Below are positions 30,823 to 40,418 of a stretch of 64,000 nucleotides of DNA, piece after piece. Source of the DNA: Chloroflexota bacterium (GTDB lineage: Bacteria; Chloroflexota; UBA11872; VXOZ01); assembly GCA_963663275.1 (NCBI GenBank), contig OY760183.1, positions 2,144,001 to 2,208,000 of the forward strand. The letters are read 5' to 3'. Positions within the stretch are counted from its first letter, which is position 1; every line of letters starts with the position of its first letter. Under the pieces are notes generated by a model. The model was not told where the DNA came from and searched no databases. It worked only from the letters and a program-made list of their open reading frames with translations. A program made the position numbers and the translations under genes.

Positions 30823-31344
30823 GTGGCGGTTGTCTATCTCGGTCTGGGCAGCAATGCGGGCGATCGACTCGCGAATCTGCGGCGCGCGGCGGAACGGCTG
30901 CACGCCCAGATTATGCTCACGCGGGTGTCGTCGGTCTACGAAACCGAACCGGTGGGGTACGCCCGGCAGCCGTGGTTCCTGAACGCCGTGCTGGAGGGTT
31001 ACACCGAGTTGGAACCGGTGGAACTCTTGCGGTTTGCTTTGGACATCGAGAGCGCGCTGGGCCGGACGCGGCCTTTTCCCAACGCGCCGCGCACGATTGA
31101 CATCGACATTCTGCTCTACGGCGAGCGCAAAATCGCAACCCCGTCGCTCACCGTGCCGCATCCGCGACTGACCGAACGCGGCTTTGCGCTCTGCCCTCTA
31201 ACGGAGATTGCCCCGCACGTGGCGCATCCGGTGACGGGGGAGACGATGGAAAGCACCCTGGCGGCGGCAACCGGCCTGGAAGAGACCCGCCACTTTGCCG
31301 ACCAGAATTGGTACGCGGGGGACGCGCCGGAGGTTCTCACCTGA
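30823..31344 (+). CDS. folK: 6-hydroxymethyl-7,8-dihydropterin pyrophosphokinase
   Basis: YLGLGSN.GDR, SSVYETEP, FLNAV, PRTIDIDILL, PHPR. Confidence 0.95.
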   Translation: MAVVYLGLGSNAGDRLANLRRAAERLHAQIMLTRVSSVYETEPVGYARQPWFLNAVLEGYTELEPVELLRFALDIESALGRTRPFPNAPRTIDIDILLYGERKIATPSLTVPHPRLTERGFALCPLTEIAPHVAHPVTGETMESTLAAATGLEETRHFADQNWYAGDAPEVLT

Positions 31345-31401
31345 AACGCGCGCCGCGTGTTCGCCAGGGTTGCCCGGAGACTTCCGGCGCCGACGGAAGC
31401 C

Positions 31402-31788
31402 CTAACCGTCTTTCCGCTCCAGCAGTTCGATTTCGTAGCCGTCGGGGTCGTCGATGAAGGCCATCTTCCTGCCGTCGGCAAATATCTCGCGCCAGCCGTC
31501 GGGCCAGATTTCGATGCCATTCGCTTCCAGTTCGGCGCAGCACGCGATGAGATCGGGCACGCCAATGGCAATGTGCATCAGGTCCTCGGGCACGTTGAGG
31601 TCATAGTCGTCGGAGTAGGTGAGTTCCAACGTATGCGCGTTGCCGGGCAGTTCCAGGTGTGCGATCTGGTTGCCGTCGGGCGAGCGTGCGCTGCGGCTGA
31701 GCACTTTGAAGCCCAAATGCTCGCAGTAGAAGTTGATCGAGTTGTCCAGGTCGCTCACGCGCACCCGCGTGTGCAAGAAAACCGCCAT
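31402..31788 (-). CDS. VOC family protein (lactoylglutathione lyase-like)
   Basis: FLHTRVRV.DL..SI.FY, LELTY, HIAI, FIDDPDGYEIEL. Confidence 0.88.
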   Translation of the reverse strand: MAVFLHTRVRVSDLDNSINFYCEHLGFKVLSRSARSPDGNQIAHLELPGNAHTLELTYSDDYDLNVPEDLMHIAIGVPDLIACCAELEANGIEIWPDGWREIFADGRKMAFIDDPDGYEIELLERKDG

Positions 31789-31965
31789 GATTAGCTCCCT
31801 TTCGCTGTTGCTGCCGCACGTTTCGGCTTGCGCATCCGGCCTGCGCGCACGCTGCGCCCCGTGGCGCGCCGCGCTTGGATTGCGCCTCTCTTCAGGCAAT
31901 AGTAGCAACCTCAGAGAGTTGAAACAAACCGCTGCTCTGAACTGGGGTCGCGTTTACGGGAACGG

Positions 31966-33162
31966 TCAGCGGGAACCGGCGGGAGCGACGCTTAGACCCG
32001 CTTCCAGAGCCGTGATGAGGCGGACGCAGACCTCGTTCGCCAGGAAGCAGCCGTCCGCAGTGAGGCGTATGGCGGAATCGTCCACCGCTACCAGGTCGGC
32101 GCGGGTCAGTTCGGCCAACTCTGCGCCAAGCGGAATCACAGGATCAACGCCAAAGCGCGCCGCGAACTCCTGGCGCGCGATACCTCTCTTGAGCAAGCGC
32201 AGGTTGAGGAAGATGCTCTCTTCCATGGCCATGGACGGCGTGACGGTCTCCGCGCGCTGGATTGTCGATTCTCCCTGGAGGCCCCGCTCGATGTACTCAC
32301 GAGGCGCGCGAATCTCCTGCGTGCGCGCGCCGTGCAGAAAGCCATGCGCGCCTGCGCCCAGGCCCAGGTATGGCTCGTAGCGCCAGTAGACTTGATTGTG
32401 CCGTCCCTCGTTGCCCGGCAGCGCCCAGTTAGAGATTTCGTAGTGTTCATAGCCGGCCCCGGCCAAGCGATGCTGGGCGTAGGCGTACATGTCGGCCGCA
32501 ACGTCATCGGCGGGCAGCCGCACGCGCCCGTTCGCTACCCAGCGCGCATAGGGCGTGGTGGGTTCCACGGTCAGGCAGTAGAGCGAGAGGTGTTCCGGCG
32601 CGAGGGCGAGGGCGGCGGCCACGTCATGACGCCAGTCGGCCAGCGACTGGTCGGGCACGGCGTACATGAGGTCGAGGCTGAGGTTGCGGAATCCGGCTTG
32701 CCGGGCCAGGCGCAGGGCGCGCTTGGCCTGCGCGGCATTGTGGTCGCGCCCCAGAGTCTTGAGGAAGCGGTCCGAGAAACTCTGCACGCCGAACGAGAGG
32801 CGGTTGACCCCGGCGGCGCGAAATCCGCTGAAGCGCGCGGCGTCGGCGGTAACCGGATTGGCCTCCAGCGTAATCTCGCAGTCCGCCGTGAGCGGCAGGA
32901 CGGCGTTCACCGCTGCGATAATTTGGGCAACGTGTTTGGGTTCCAGCAATGATGGCGTGCCGCCGCCGAAGTAAATCGTGCGTGCCGCCTGATAGCCGCT
33001 CTCCGCGCCCCGCCGTGCTATGACGCGGCATAATGCTTCAACGTAGGCCGGGATGAGCGACTGGAGGCCGGCGTACGTGTTAAAATCGCAGTACGGACAC
33101 CGCACGCGGCAGAAGGGAATGTGCACATAGACGGCGAGCGCGTTCTTGACTTCCACACCCAT
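31966..33162 (-). CDS. hemW: Radical SAM heme chaperone HemW (HemN-like)
   Basis: YVHIPFC..RCPYCDF, YFGGGTPS, EITLEANP, YEISNW, HN..YW. Confidence 0.92.
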   Translation of the reverse strand: MGVEVKNALAVYVHIPFCRVRCPYCDFNTYAGLQSLIPAYVEALCRVIARRGAESGYQAARTIYFGGGTPSLLEPKHVAQIIAAVNAVLPLTADCEITLEANPVTADAARFSGFRAAGVNRLSFGVQSFSDRFLKTLGRDHNAAQAKRALRLARQAGFRNLSLDLMYAVPDQSLADWRHDVAAALALAPEHLSLYCLTVEPTTPYARWVANGRVRLPADDVAADMYAYAQHRLAGAGYEHYEISNWALPGNEGRHNQVYWRYEPYLGLGAGAHGFLHGARTQEIRAPREYIERGLQGESTIQRAETVTPSMAMEESIFLNLRLLKRGIARQEFAARFGVDPVIPLGAELAELTRADLVAVDDSAIRLTADGCFLANEVCVRLITALEAGLSVAPAGSR

Positions 33163-33987
33163 GTCTTTCCCGCAGAAATCGTGCAGGCGCGTGAGCGGTA
33201 TTTCGCCAACGAGCCCTGGTTCGAGACGCTCTACGCCGCGCCGCGCAGCCGCTTGGCGACCGCCGCCGACCTGGCGCGGGCTATGGAACGTGACAGTATT
33301 TCCGCGGCGGTGGCGCTGAATTTCGGCTGGCGCGACCCGGGACTCTGCCGCGCGACGAACGACTCTATTCTAGATGCTCTGCGGCCGCATCGCCAGATTG
33401 CGCCGTTCTGCGCGGTCGCGCCGGGGGATGCGGGCGCGGCGCACGAGATCGGGCGCTGCGCGGCGCTAGGCTTTCGCGGCGTGGGCGAACTCAACGCCGA
33501 CGGCCAGGGCTTCGACGTGACCGACGAGCGCACGATGCGGCCCGTCATCGAGGCGTGCCGCGCCCACGGCATGGTTTTGCTCCTCCATGCCAGCGAGCCG
33601 TTGGGACATACGTACCCCGGCAAAGGGACTACGACGCCGGAGAAGTTGGTCCGCCTGCTGGCAATGGCGGAGGACGTGCCGCTGGTGTTGGCCCACTGGG
33701 GCGGCGGTCTGCTGTTCCACGAACTCATGCCTGAAATCGAAGAGTTGACGCGCACGACTTTCTACGATTCCGCGGCCACGCCGTATCTCTATACGCCGGA
33801 GATCTATGAGATTGGCGCGCGGCTTGGCGGTTCACGGCTGCTCTTTGGCAGCGACTACCCGCTCATGCCGCCGCGCCGCGCGCTTGCGCACGTGGACAAG
33901 GCGCAATTAGGCGTTGAAGACCGCCGCGCGTTGCTCTGGGACAACGGCGCGCGCTTGCTGGGACTGACGCCGCGTGCGCAGCCATGA
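33121..33987 (+). CDS. Amidohydrolase_2 family protein
   Basis: LDFHTH, GVGEL, LAHWGGG, LFGSDYP; overlaps the hemW 5' end. Confidence 0.88.
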   Translation: MHIDGERVLDFHTHVFPAEIVQARERYFANEPWFETLYAAPRSRLATAADLARAMERDSISAAVALNFGWRDPGLCRATNDSILDALRPHRQIAPFCAVAPGDAGAAHEIGRCAALGFRGVGELNADGQGFDVTDERTMRPVIEACRAHGMVLLLHASEPLGHTYPGKGTTTPEKLVRLLAMAEDVPLVLAHWGGGLLFHELMPEIEELTRTTFYDSAATPYLYTPEIYEIGARLGGSRLLFGSDYPLMPPRRALAHVDKAQLGVEDRRALLWDNGARLLGLTPRAQP

Positions 33988-34241
33988 CGGTGCGATGCTT
34001 GCAGGGCGTGCTCACCCGGATGAAACCTCTAGGAAACCCCGCAGAGAGGCGTCCAGTCCCCTCTCCACGGGGGAGAGGGTTAGGGTGAGGGGGGATTGTG
34101 CGAGGACATGCGCCCAAGTCTTGCGTAATCGGGAGGAAACAGAGAGGATTCCCCTCACCCCGGCCCTCTCCCCAGGGAGAGGGGGTCTATAGGCCGGTCT
34201 GGGTTGCTCACAGCGTGGCCCGTACGGGATGCGGAGATCTC

Positions 34242-35573
34242 CTAATGGACCTCGGCCAAGGCGCCGCTCAGTTTGCCGGCGTGGGCGGCGATTTTGGCGA
34301 ACGCGGCGGCGTATTGGGCGATCAATTCATCCGCCGGACGGGTGAAACTGGGAATCCGGATCGTATCGTAGGGGATTTCCGGGTCTTCCGTAACGGGCAG
34401 CCTGACGTTCGCGTAGTCTACCCGCGTGGCGTTCGGTCCCAGCACTTCCCAGAGGACGTCCCCGGTGCCGTGTTCGTTGCCCTGAAAGACCGGATGCTTG
34501 TGGAGCATGTGAGTGAGACCGTTGGCGTGGGGCGTGAGCGTGTCCTTCTGCGCGGGAGAAGAAACCTGCGCGCCTTCGGCCTGGAGCGCCTCCAGCAGCC
34601 GCCTGCGGGTGATGCCGCCAAGCGCGCCGGGATCGAACGTGATGCGGCCGCTGGAATACGGCGAAGGAAAGTAATCGGGAAAGCCGGGCGCGGAAAAACC
34701 GTCGATTGCAGCTATGGCCGCTCCCAGCTTGTCGGTGTTTGCATGCCGCACGGCGAGGCGTTCTGGCCAGTATTTCATCTGCACCACGCCAATGGCCGCC
34801 GATAGGGTCGCCATGCGGTATTTTTCACCGAAGCTGAAGCCGGTCATGGCGCGCCACTTGGGATTGGGCAATTCGCGCAGGCGTTCGTAGTGTCCCAGGC
34901 ATGCGGCGCGTTGGTAAACTTCTGTGTCATTGGTCATAAAGACGCCGCCCTCGCCGGCCGACGTGCTCTTGCCGTGCTGGAAACTGATGGCGGCGGCGTC
35001 GCCAATCGAACCCGCCATGCGCCCGCGATGGGTCGCGCCCTGGGAGATGCAGTTGTCTTCCACAACGCGCAACGAGTGGCGCGCCGCGATGTCCATGATG
35101 GCGTCCATGTCCGCCGGACAGCCGGGCCAGTGGACGACCATGATGGCTCTGGTGCGCGGCGTGATCTTGCGTTCTACGTCGGCCGGGTCGAGGGTGAGCG
35201 TGAGAGGATCGATGTCGGCGAAAACCGGCACGGCGCCGCTGCCGACAATCGGCAGACAGTTGAAGGGATGGATGGCCGACTGGCAAATCACCTCGTCCCC
35301 AGACAGAACGCCAACGCCAAAGAGCGCCGCCCGCAGCGAGGCCGTGCCCGACGAATGCGCCAGCGCGTGCTTGACGCCCCACGTTTCCGCCACCATCCGC
35401 TCCAAGTCCGTGATCGGCCCCGGCCCGCCAAACTGGCTGGCAAGGGCGTGGTTGCGAATGAGGTTCGAAACGACTTCTACTTCTTCCTCGGTGTAGATCG
35501 GCCACTGGGTGTAGTAATTGTGGTCGATGGTCACGGCGGGTTCGCCGCCCAGAATCGCGGGTAGTGGTGTCAT
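34242..35573 (-). CDS. DegT/DnrJ/EryC1/StrS PLP aminotransferase
   Basis: SSGTASL, PVFADID, VVEDNC, SFQHGKS..AGEGG. Confidence 0.9.
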   Translation of the reverse strand: MTPLPAILGGEPAVTIDHNYYTQWPIYTEEEVEVVSNLIRNHALASQFGGPGPITDLERMVAETWGVKHALAHSSGTASLRAALFGVGVLSGDEVICQSAIHPFNCLPIVGSGAVPVFADIDPLTLTLDPADVERKITPRTRAIMVVHWPGCPADMDAIMDIAARHSLRVVEDNCISQGATHRGRMAGSIGDAAAISFQHGKSTSAGEGGVFMTNDTEVYQRAACLGHYERLRELPNPKWRAMTGFSFGEKYRMATLSAAIGVVQMKYWPERLAVRHANTDKLGAAIAAIDGFSAPGFPDYFPSPYSSGRITFDPGALGGITRRRLLEALQAEGAQVSSPAQKDTLTPHANGLTHMLHKHPVFQGNEHGTGDVLWEVLGPNATRVDYANVRLPVTEDPEIPYDTIRIPSFTRPADELIAQYAAAFAKIAAHAGKLSGALAEVH

Positions 35574-35657
35574 GCTCCTGCCTCGCTGGTAGACTGACCT
35601 TCTCTTGCCGTACGGCCTTCTCATGCTACGTTTGCAAGCGCCGCGCGCACGGACGGG

Positions 35658-36518
35658 CTATGCGCCGTGGGGAATGCCCAGTTCCGCGCAGATGCCCTTT
35701 ACATAAGAGAAGTCGGCCTTGGTCTGCTCGATCAATTCGTCGTGTGAGAGGCTCTTCCACGAGGCGCCGCCTTGGTATTCGCTGTGGAACGAGGCGTAGC
35801 CGTCGTAGCCAATCTGCCTGAGGTAGCCGAACGCTTCCGGATACGGCGTAAAACCGCGTTCGACGGGCACCAGCCTCCGATGCCACTTGTGCGCGCCGGT
35901 CTTGGGGTCTTCTTCCCAGAACTGGCCCATGTTCTTCAGCGCGAGCATGACCAACCGGTCCGACACTAAGTCCAGACCCTGAATCCAGCCGCCGTAGCTG
36001 CCCTCCACGCCCATGTGTCCAAAATCGCCGTAGACGCCGATGGCCTGCGGGTCGAAGTCCTCGATGAGCGGAAGTACGATAGTCGCTACTGCGGACATAA
36101 AGGGTCCGGAGTGGATGTGCATGCCGCCTTGGACGTCATACTTGTGGCAGAGGCGTTCGATGCTGCGCACCGCTTCCCGCGTCTCGGCAAGCTGGCGCCT
36201 GAGATTGCCGAAACCGTCGTACTTGTGGTAGCCCAGCTTGAACTGGGTAATGCCCAGGTCGCTGGCGGTTGCCAGGATGTCCGCGGCGTGGGGGGCGTCG
36301 GCGCTGAAGATGTTCGTGGTAATCCAGCCGATTTCCAAGCCCCGGTCGCGGATGGCTTTAGCGGCCTTGGGCAGATCGGTTTTGACGTTTTCGGGCAGCA
36401 CGTGGCCGGGGCTGCGCACGGTCAGGTCGACGCCGTCCAAACCGATGCCGGCAATCGTATCCGCAAGTTCCGCGTAGCTGAGGTGCTCGAGATGCTTGGA
36501 GAACATGATGAACTTCAT
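35658..36518 (-). CDS. Sugar phosphate isomerase/epimerase (xylose isomerase-like TIM barrel)
   Basis: GLDGVDLTVR, DFGH..VEG, SFHSEY. Confidence 0.82.
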   Translation of the reverse strand: MKFIMFSKHLEHLSYAELADTIAGIGLDGVDLTVRSPGHVLPENVKTDLPKAAKAIRDRGLEIGWITTNIFSADAPHAADILATASDLGITQFKLGYHKYDGFGNLRRQLAETREAVRSIERLCHKYDVQGGMHIHSGPFMSAVATIVLPLIEDFDPQAIGVYGDFGHMGVEGSYGGWIQGLDLVSDRLVMLALKNMGQFWEEDPKTGAHKWHRRLVPVERGFTPYPEAFGYLRQIGYDGYASFHSEYQGGASWKSLSHDELIEQTKADFSYVKGICAELGIPHGA

Positions 36519-36882
36519 GCGGTGAAGACTCCTTGCCTAGGCGGGAAATAATTGACTGCTGCGCGCTAGTGTAGCGGTTTCAGTGGGCGCTGTCTATCGG
36601 GATACGGCGGTTGGAGCGGCCGCGGGCCGCTTGCAGAGCGGCTTGCGCGAGGCGCTGCGTTCCCTTAGCGGTCAGAACGCAATGCCGTTGCGCAAGACCC
36701 GATAGGGTAGTTCAGCCCGCTGGAACGTTGCGCTTCGGTAGGCTCAGCGCAGGCGTGTCGAAGCGTGAACCGGCAGGGCAAAGCGCCGCATCCAATTTGC
36801 CCGGTCACTCGTCAACAGGCTCGAGGCGAACGATGTGAACACAGACTGTCCAGAAGAGTGACGGGATGGCCGCTCGCTCGCC

Positions 36883-37473
36883 TCAACGCAACTGGCTCCG
36901 GACGTGGAGCACGCGCTGCACCGTGGTAAGCAGCGTCAGGATGGCCAACAGCCAGATGACGATTTTGAGCACGATCAGCAGGTTGGCGGGGAAGAGCAAC
37001 GCCAGGCCGAGCGCGATCACGCGCTCCGGACGTTGAAACCAACCGACGCTGCACTCAAGGCCCAACCCTTCCGCCCGGGCGCGGGTGTAGCTCACCATCT
37101 GCGAGCCAACCAACATCAGCGCCGCGCCCAGCACGGTCAGATCGTCCTGCAAGCTGAGGAAATACCCAATCAAGCCCAGGCAGATGGCGGCCTCCGCCAG
37201 CCGGTCCAAGGTGGAATCGAAGAAGGCGCCGAAGGTCGTGCGCCGGTCGCTGACCCGCGCCAGCGCGCCGTCCAGCATGTCGAAGGCGCTAGCCACCAGC
37301 ACAAGCACGGCCGCCCACGGCCACAGCCCTTGCCATACCGCCGCGGCCGCCACGAAGCTGAGCGCCAAGCCAACGGTCGTGACCGTGTTCGGTTGTACGC
37401 CCAGGCGCGCCAGCGGGCGCACCACCGCCTCCATAGCCGTTTGCGCCCAGGCGCGCACACCGGGATGAATCAT
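36883..37473 (-). CDS. pgsA: CDP-alcohol phosphatidyltransferase (PIP synthase-like)
   Basis: PNTVT, DMLDGALAR...GAFFDSTLDR, SYTRARAE, RPER. Confidence 0.88.
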   Translation of the reverse strand: MIHPGVRAWAQTAMEAVVRPLARLGVQPNTVTTVGLALSFVAAAAVWQGLWPWAAVLVLVASAFDMLDGALARVSDRRTTFGAFFDSTLDRLAEAAICLGLIGYFLSLQDDLTVLGAALMLVGSQMVSYTRARAEGLGLECSVGWFQRPERVIALGLALLFPANLLIVLKIVIWLLAILTLLTTVQRVLHVRSQLR

Positions 37474-37537
37474 GACGTAGCCATCTCCATTGAATTGCCG
37501 TCGAGTGCGGCGCGCGCTCGCGGCGAGCGGCCGTACC

Positions 37538-38740
37538 TCACGAAACTTTATCCTTCTTCCACCGCCGTATGCGCGCCCAATTGTAGCGGGGGCCGCGCGG
37601 CGCGGCGTTGGCGATGCTTTCCTCATAGAAACCGATGATCTGCGCCGCGACCTTTTCCCACGAGTAGCCTTGCGCCGCCTGCGCTCCCTTGGCGCCGGCC
37701 TCCGCGCGCAGCGATTCGCTATCGAGAAAGCGCAGCAGGGCCTGCGCCAGTGCCGCGTCGTCTTCCGGCGGCACGAGCGCGCCGGCGCCGGTGCCCGCCA
37801 ACACGCCCCGGTAGCCTTCGATGCCGGACGCCACCACCGGTTTGCCGGCTGCCATGGCCTCCAGTAACACGATGCCCTGGCTCTCCCCGCCCGTAGAGGG
37901 CGCGCAGAAGACGTGGCACGACTTGTAGTAGCGCACCTTCTCTTCCCGGCTCACGAAACCCACGAACATCACGTTGGCCAGGCCCAGTTCCACCACAATC
38001 TTCTCGTAGTCGGCGCGCTGTTCCTCCGTGAACGCCCCTACCACAATCAGGCGCACGTCTTGCGCGCTGCGCTCCTGCACCGTCCGCAAGGCCTCCAAGA
38101 GGTACGCCAGGCCTTTGCGCTTCTCCAGCCGCCCCACGAACAGGACGTTCATCATGCCGTCGTCCAGTTCGGGGAAGGGCGGCAGGGCGCTTTGGAAGAG
38201 CCGCATGTCGATGCCGTTGGGGATGATGTGGTACTGGGACGGAAAGTACCGTTCGATCAACTCCCGGGCCGCCGCCGATACCGCGATGCGCCCCTGCAAG
38301 CGGTTGAAGTACCGCTTCAGCAACGGCTTGCCGTAGAGATAGGCAAAGTGCGAGCGCCGGTAGGTGTGGAAGGTGCCTACGTTTACCGTGCGAGAGTGGC
38401 GCAGCACCGTAATCGGCAGTGCCGGCGCCAGCGGCTCGTGCAGGTGCACCACGTCGAACCGCTCGCCGCTGAGAATCTCCTTCACCTGGCGCGAAAGCGT
38501 GAGCGAGAGCGAAATGCGCGCCACCGAGGCGTTCGTCGGCACCCTGACAATCGTCTTGCCCACCCGGTATAGGTTGTCGTAGGGCAACTCCTCTTCCGGC
38601 TGGGATGAAGGCGCGAGAATGCGCACCTCGTGACCCATGCGCCGAAACTGCGCGTTGAGATGGCTGATGTGTTCGGTCACACCGCCTGGGTAGGCGTAGT
38701 CGTAGGGCGAAACCAGGGCAATCTTCACGCGCCGCCTCAC
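37538..38740 (-). CDS. pimA: GT4 phosphatidylinositol mannosyltransferase-like
   Basis: ALVSPY...PGGV..HI, DVVHLHEP, VGRLEKRKG, ESQGIVLLEAMAAG. Confidence 0.8.
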   Translation of the reverse strand: MRRRVKIALVSPYDYAYPGGVTEHISHLNAQFRRMGHEVRILAPSSQPEEELPYDNLYRVGKTIVRVPTNASVARISLSLTLSRQVKEILSGERFDVVHLHEPLAPALPITVLRHSRTVNVGTFHTYRRSHFAYLYGKPLLKRYFNRLQGRIAVSAAARELIERYFPSQYHIIPNGIDMRLFQSALPPFPELDDGMMNVLFVGRLEKRKGLAYLLEALRTVQERSAQDVRLIVVGAFTEEQRADYEKIVVELGLANVMFVGFVSREEKVRYYKSCHVFCAPSTGGESQGIVLLEAMAAGKPVVASGIEGYRGVLAGTGAGALVPPEDDAALAQALLRFLDSESLRAEAGAKGAQAAQGYSWEKVAAQIIGFYEESIANAAPRGPRYNWARIRRWKKDKVS

Positions 38741-39474
38741 TTCCCAAGGACCAGCGTTTCTCCCAGCCAGTCCGCATACCGCCGCATCTTGCGCCGGAAG
38801 TAGAGCATCGACTCTTCCAGATCGAAGTAGCCGCCGCCGGCCAGCGTCGTCTTCTGCGCGATTGCCAGCCGCACGTCATCGGCCGTCTTGCCGGGAAAGA
38901 GGGTGTGCGCCTTGCCAATGCCCTCCAGGATGTGGGCGTCGCTGCCGCCAACCTGGGGAAGACTGAGCTTCCGCTGGAGTTCCAGCGCCTTCTCGTAGCT
39001 CATCTTGCCGGCCGGACTGGCGTTCATCACCTCGATCGCGTCGAAGCGGTAGCCCTTCCGTTCCAGGCGTTTCAGGGTGTGGGGCATGAAGCTAAGCGTC
39101 AACCAGGACATGGGATGCGGCACCACGACCAGTCCGCCTTGTTCGCGGATGGCGTCGATCGTCCATTCGGCGCTGCGCAGCACGGGAAACGCCGTTTCTA
39201 CCCAAAGACCGATGAGGTGGCCGTCGAACGTGGATACCTCGATACCGGGAATCACTTCCACGCCGGGGAACTGGTCGGCGAGCGCCGCGGCCTCCAGCGC
39301 GCCGTCGATCTCATCGTGATCCGTGACGGCCAGCACCGCGATGTCAGTCTTGGCGCTTACGTAGTCCAACATCTCGTAGGGCGTGAACGTGCCGTCGCTC
39401 GCCTTCGTGTGAATGTGCAGGTCCGCTATGCTCAAGGACGCCGGAGTTGGCAATTCTGCCGGGGACGGTTGCAC
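38737..39474 (-). CDS. PHP domain phosphoesterase
   Basis: DLHIHT..SDG, VTDHD, GIEVST, PHP, GGSDAH; GGAGG RBS before GTG at 39474. Confidence 0.88.
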   Translation of the reverse strand: MQPSPAELPTPASLSIADLHIHTKASDGTFTPYEMLDYVSAKTDIAVLAVTDHDEIDGALEAAALADQFPGVEVIPGIEVSTFDGHLIGLWVETAFPVLRSAEWTIDAIREQGGLVVVPHPMSWLTLSFMPHTLKRLERKGYRFDAIEVMNASPAGKMSYEKALELQRKLSLPQVGGSDAHILEGIGKAHTLFPGKTADDVRLAIAQKTTLAGGGYFDLEESMLYFRRKMRRYADWLGETLVLGK

Positions 39475-39491
39475 GTGCGCGACCCTCCTAT

Positions 39492-40412
39492 TCAAGCGCG
39501 GCCCGCGGTGGAAGCGTCGCCGGTCAACGGCTGGGGCCACATGCGGCGAAACATGTACCACTGCTCCGGGCAACCCCGCACGATCTCTTCGAACATGCTC
39601 GCCAGTTGCTGCATGACCGCCTGGATGTCCTGTTTCTCATCGTCGCTCCGCGCGGTGTAGAGCGGCGGGTAGACGGTGACGGCCAGGCCGTCGCCGTCGC
39701 TGCGCCGGCAGTCGCACATCACCAGCGGAGCGCCGGTGCGCAGCGCCAGCGCCGCCGGCCCGGCGGGCAAGTACACCCGCGTGCCAAAGAACGTTACGGG
39801 CACGCCCTGCGCATTCATCGGCCGGTCGAAGAGCAGCCCGACGACGCGGTTGGCGTGGAGTTGCCGCAGCATGGCGCGCAAGCCCCGTTCCACCGGCACG
39901 GTATCGAAACCCAATCGCTCCCGCACCCGGCGCACGACCCAATCCAACGTTCCGCTCTGCAGGCGGTCTACCGGAATCAGCACCGGAAACCGCTGGGCGA
40001 GCATCGCGCCGCCCAGGTCCCACAGGCCAAAGTGCCCGGAAACGAAGATCACCCCTTTGCCGGCTTGCAGGGCTTCCGCTATGTACTCTTCGCCGTGAAA
40101 CTCCCGTACCCGCTTCTGCAAACGCTCCGGCGTCATCCGCAGCCAACTGAGGAAGTCTGCCAGATACCAGCCGTAGTTCTCCATGGACTTCCTGGCCAGC
40201 CGTTGCGTCTCCGGGTCCCGCTCCGGTTTGCCCAACACGTGGGACATGTTGGCAATGACGTTCTCGCGTCCCGCGCTCCAGACGGTGAAGATCAGGCGGG
40301 CCAGCAGGCTGGCGGCGCGATACTTGACCGCTTGCGGCAGGACGCCGTCCAACGCGGCGCCCGTCACCAACAAGAGCCGTCCCATTACCCCGCCGAACGT
40401 CATGTCGCGCAC
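39492..40412 (-). CDS. Lysophospholipid acyltransferase (PatA/HtrB family)
   Basis: GHFGLWD (HxxxxD), LFDR..GVPVTFFG, P.GPA.LA, PEQWYMF. Confidence 0.88.
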   Translation of the reverse strand: MRDMTFGGVMGRLLLVTGAALDGVLPQAVKYRAASLLARLIFTVWSAGRENVIANMSHVLGKPERDPETQRLARKSMENYGWYLADFLSWLRMTPERLQKRVREFHGEEYIAEALQAGKGVIFVSGHFGLWDLGGAMLAQRFPVLIPVDRLQSGTLDWVVRRVRERLGFDTVPVERGLRAMLRQLHANRVVGLLFDRPMNAQGVPVTFFGTRVYLPAGPAALALRTGAPLVMCDCRRSDGDGLAVTVYPPLYTARSDDEKQDIQAVMQQLASMFEEIVRGCPEQWYMFRRMWPQPLTGDASTAGRA

Positions 40413-40418
40413 ATCTCC

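Noticed and set aside
36519-36882. Structured ncRNA or riboswitch in a 360-bp intergenic gap (GTCACTC/GAGTGAC stem)
   Set aside because: Only a short stem and no recognisable family motif; an Rfam/Infernal scan would be needed
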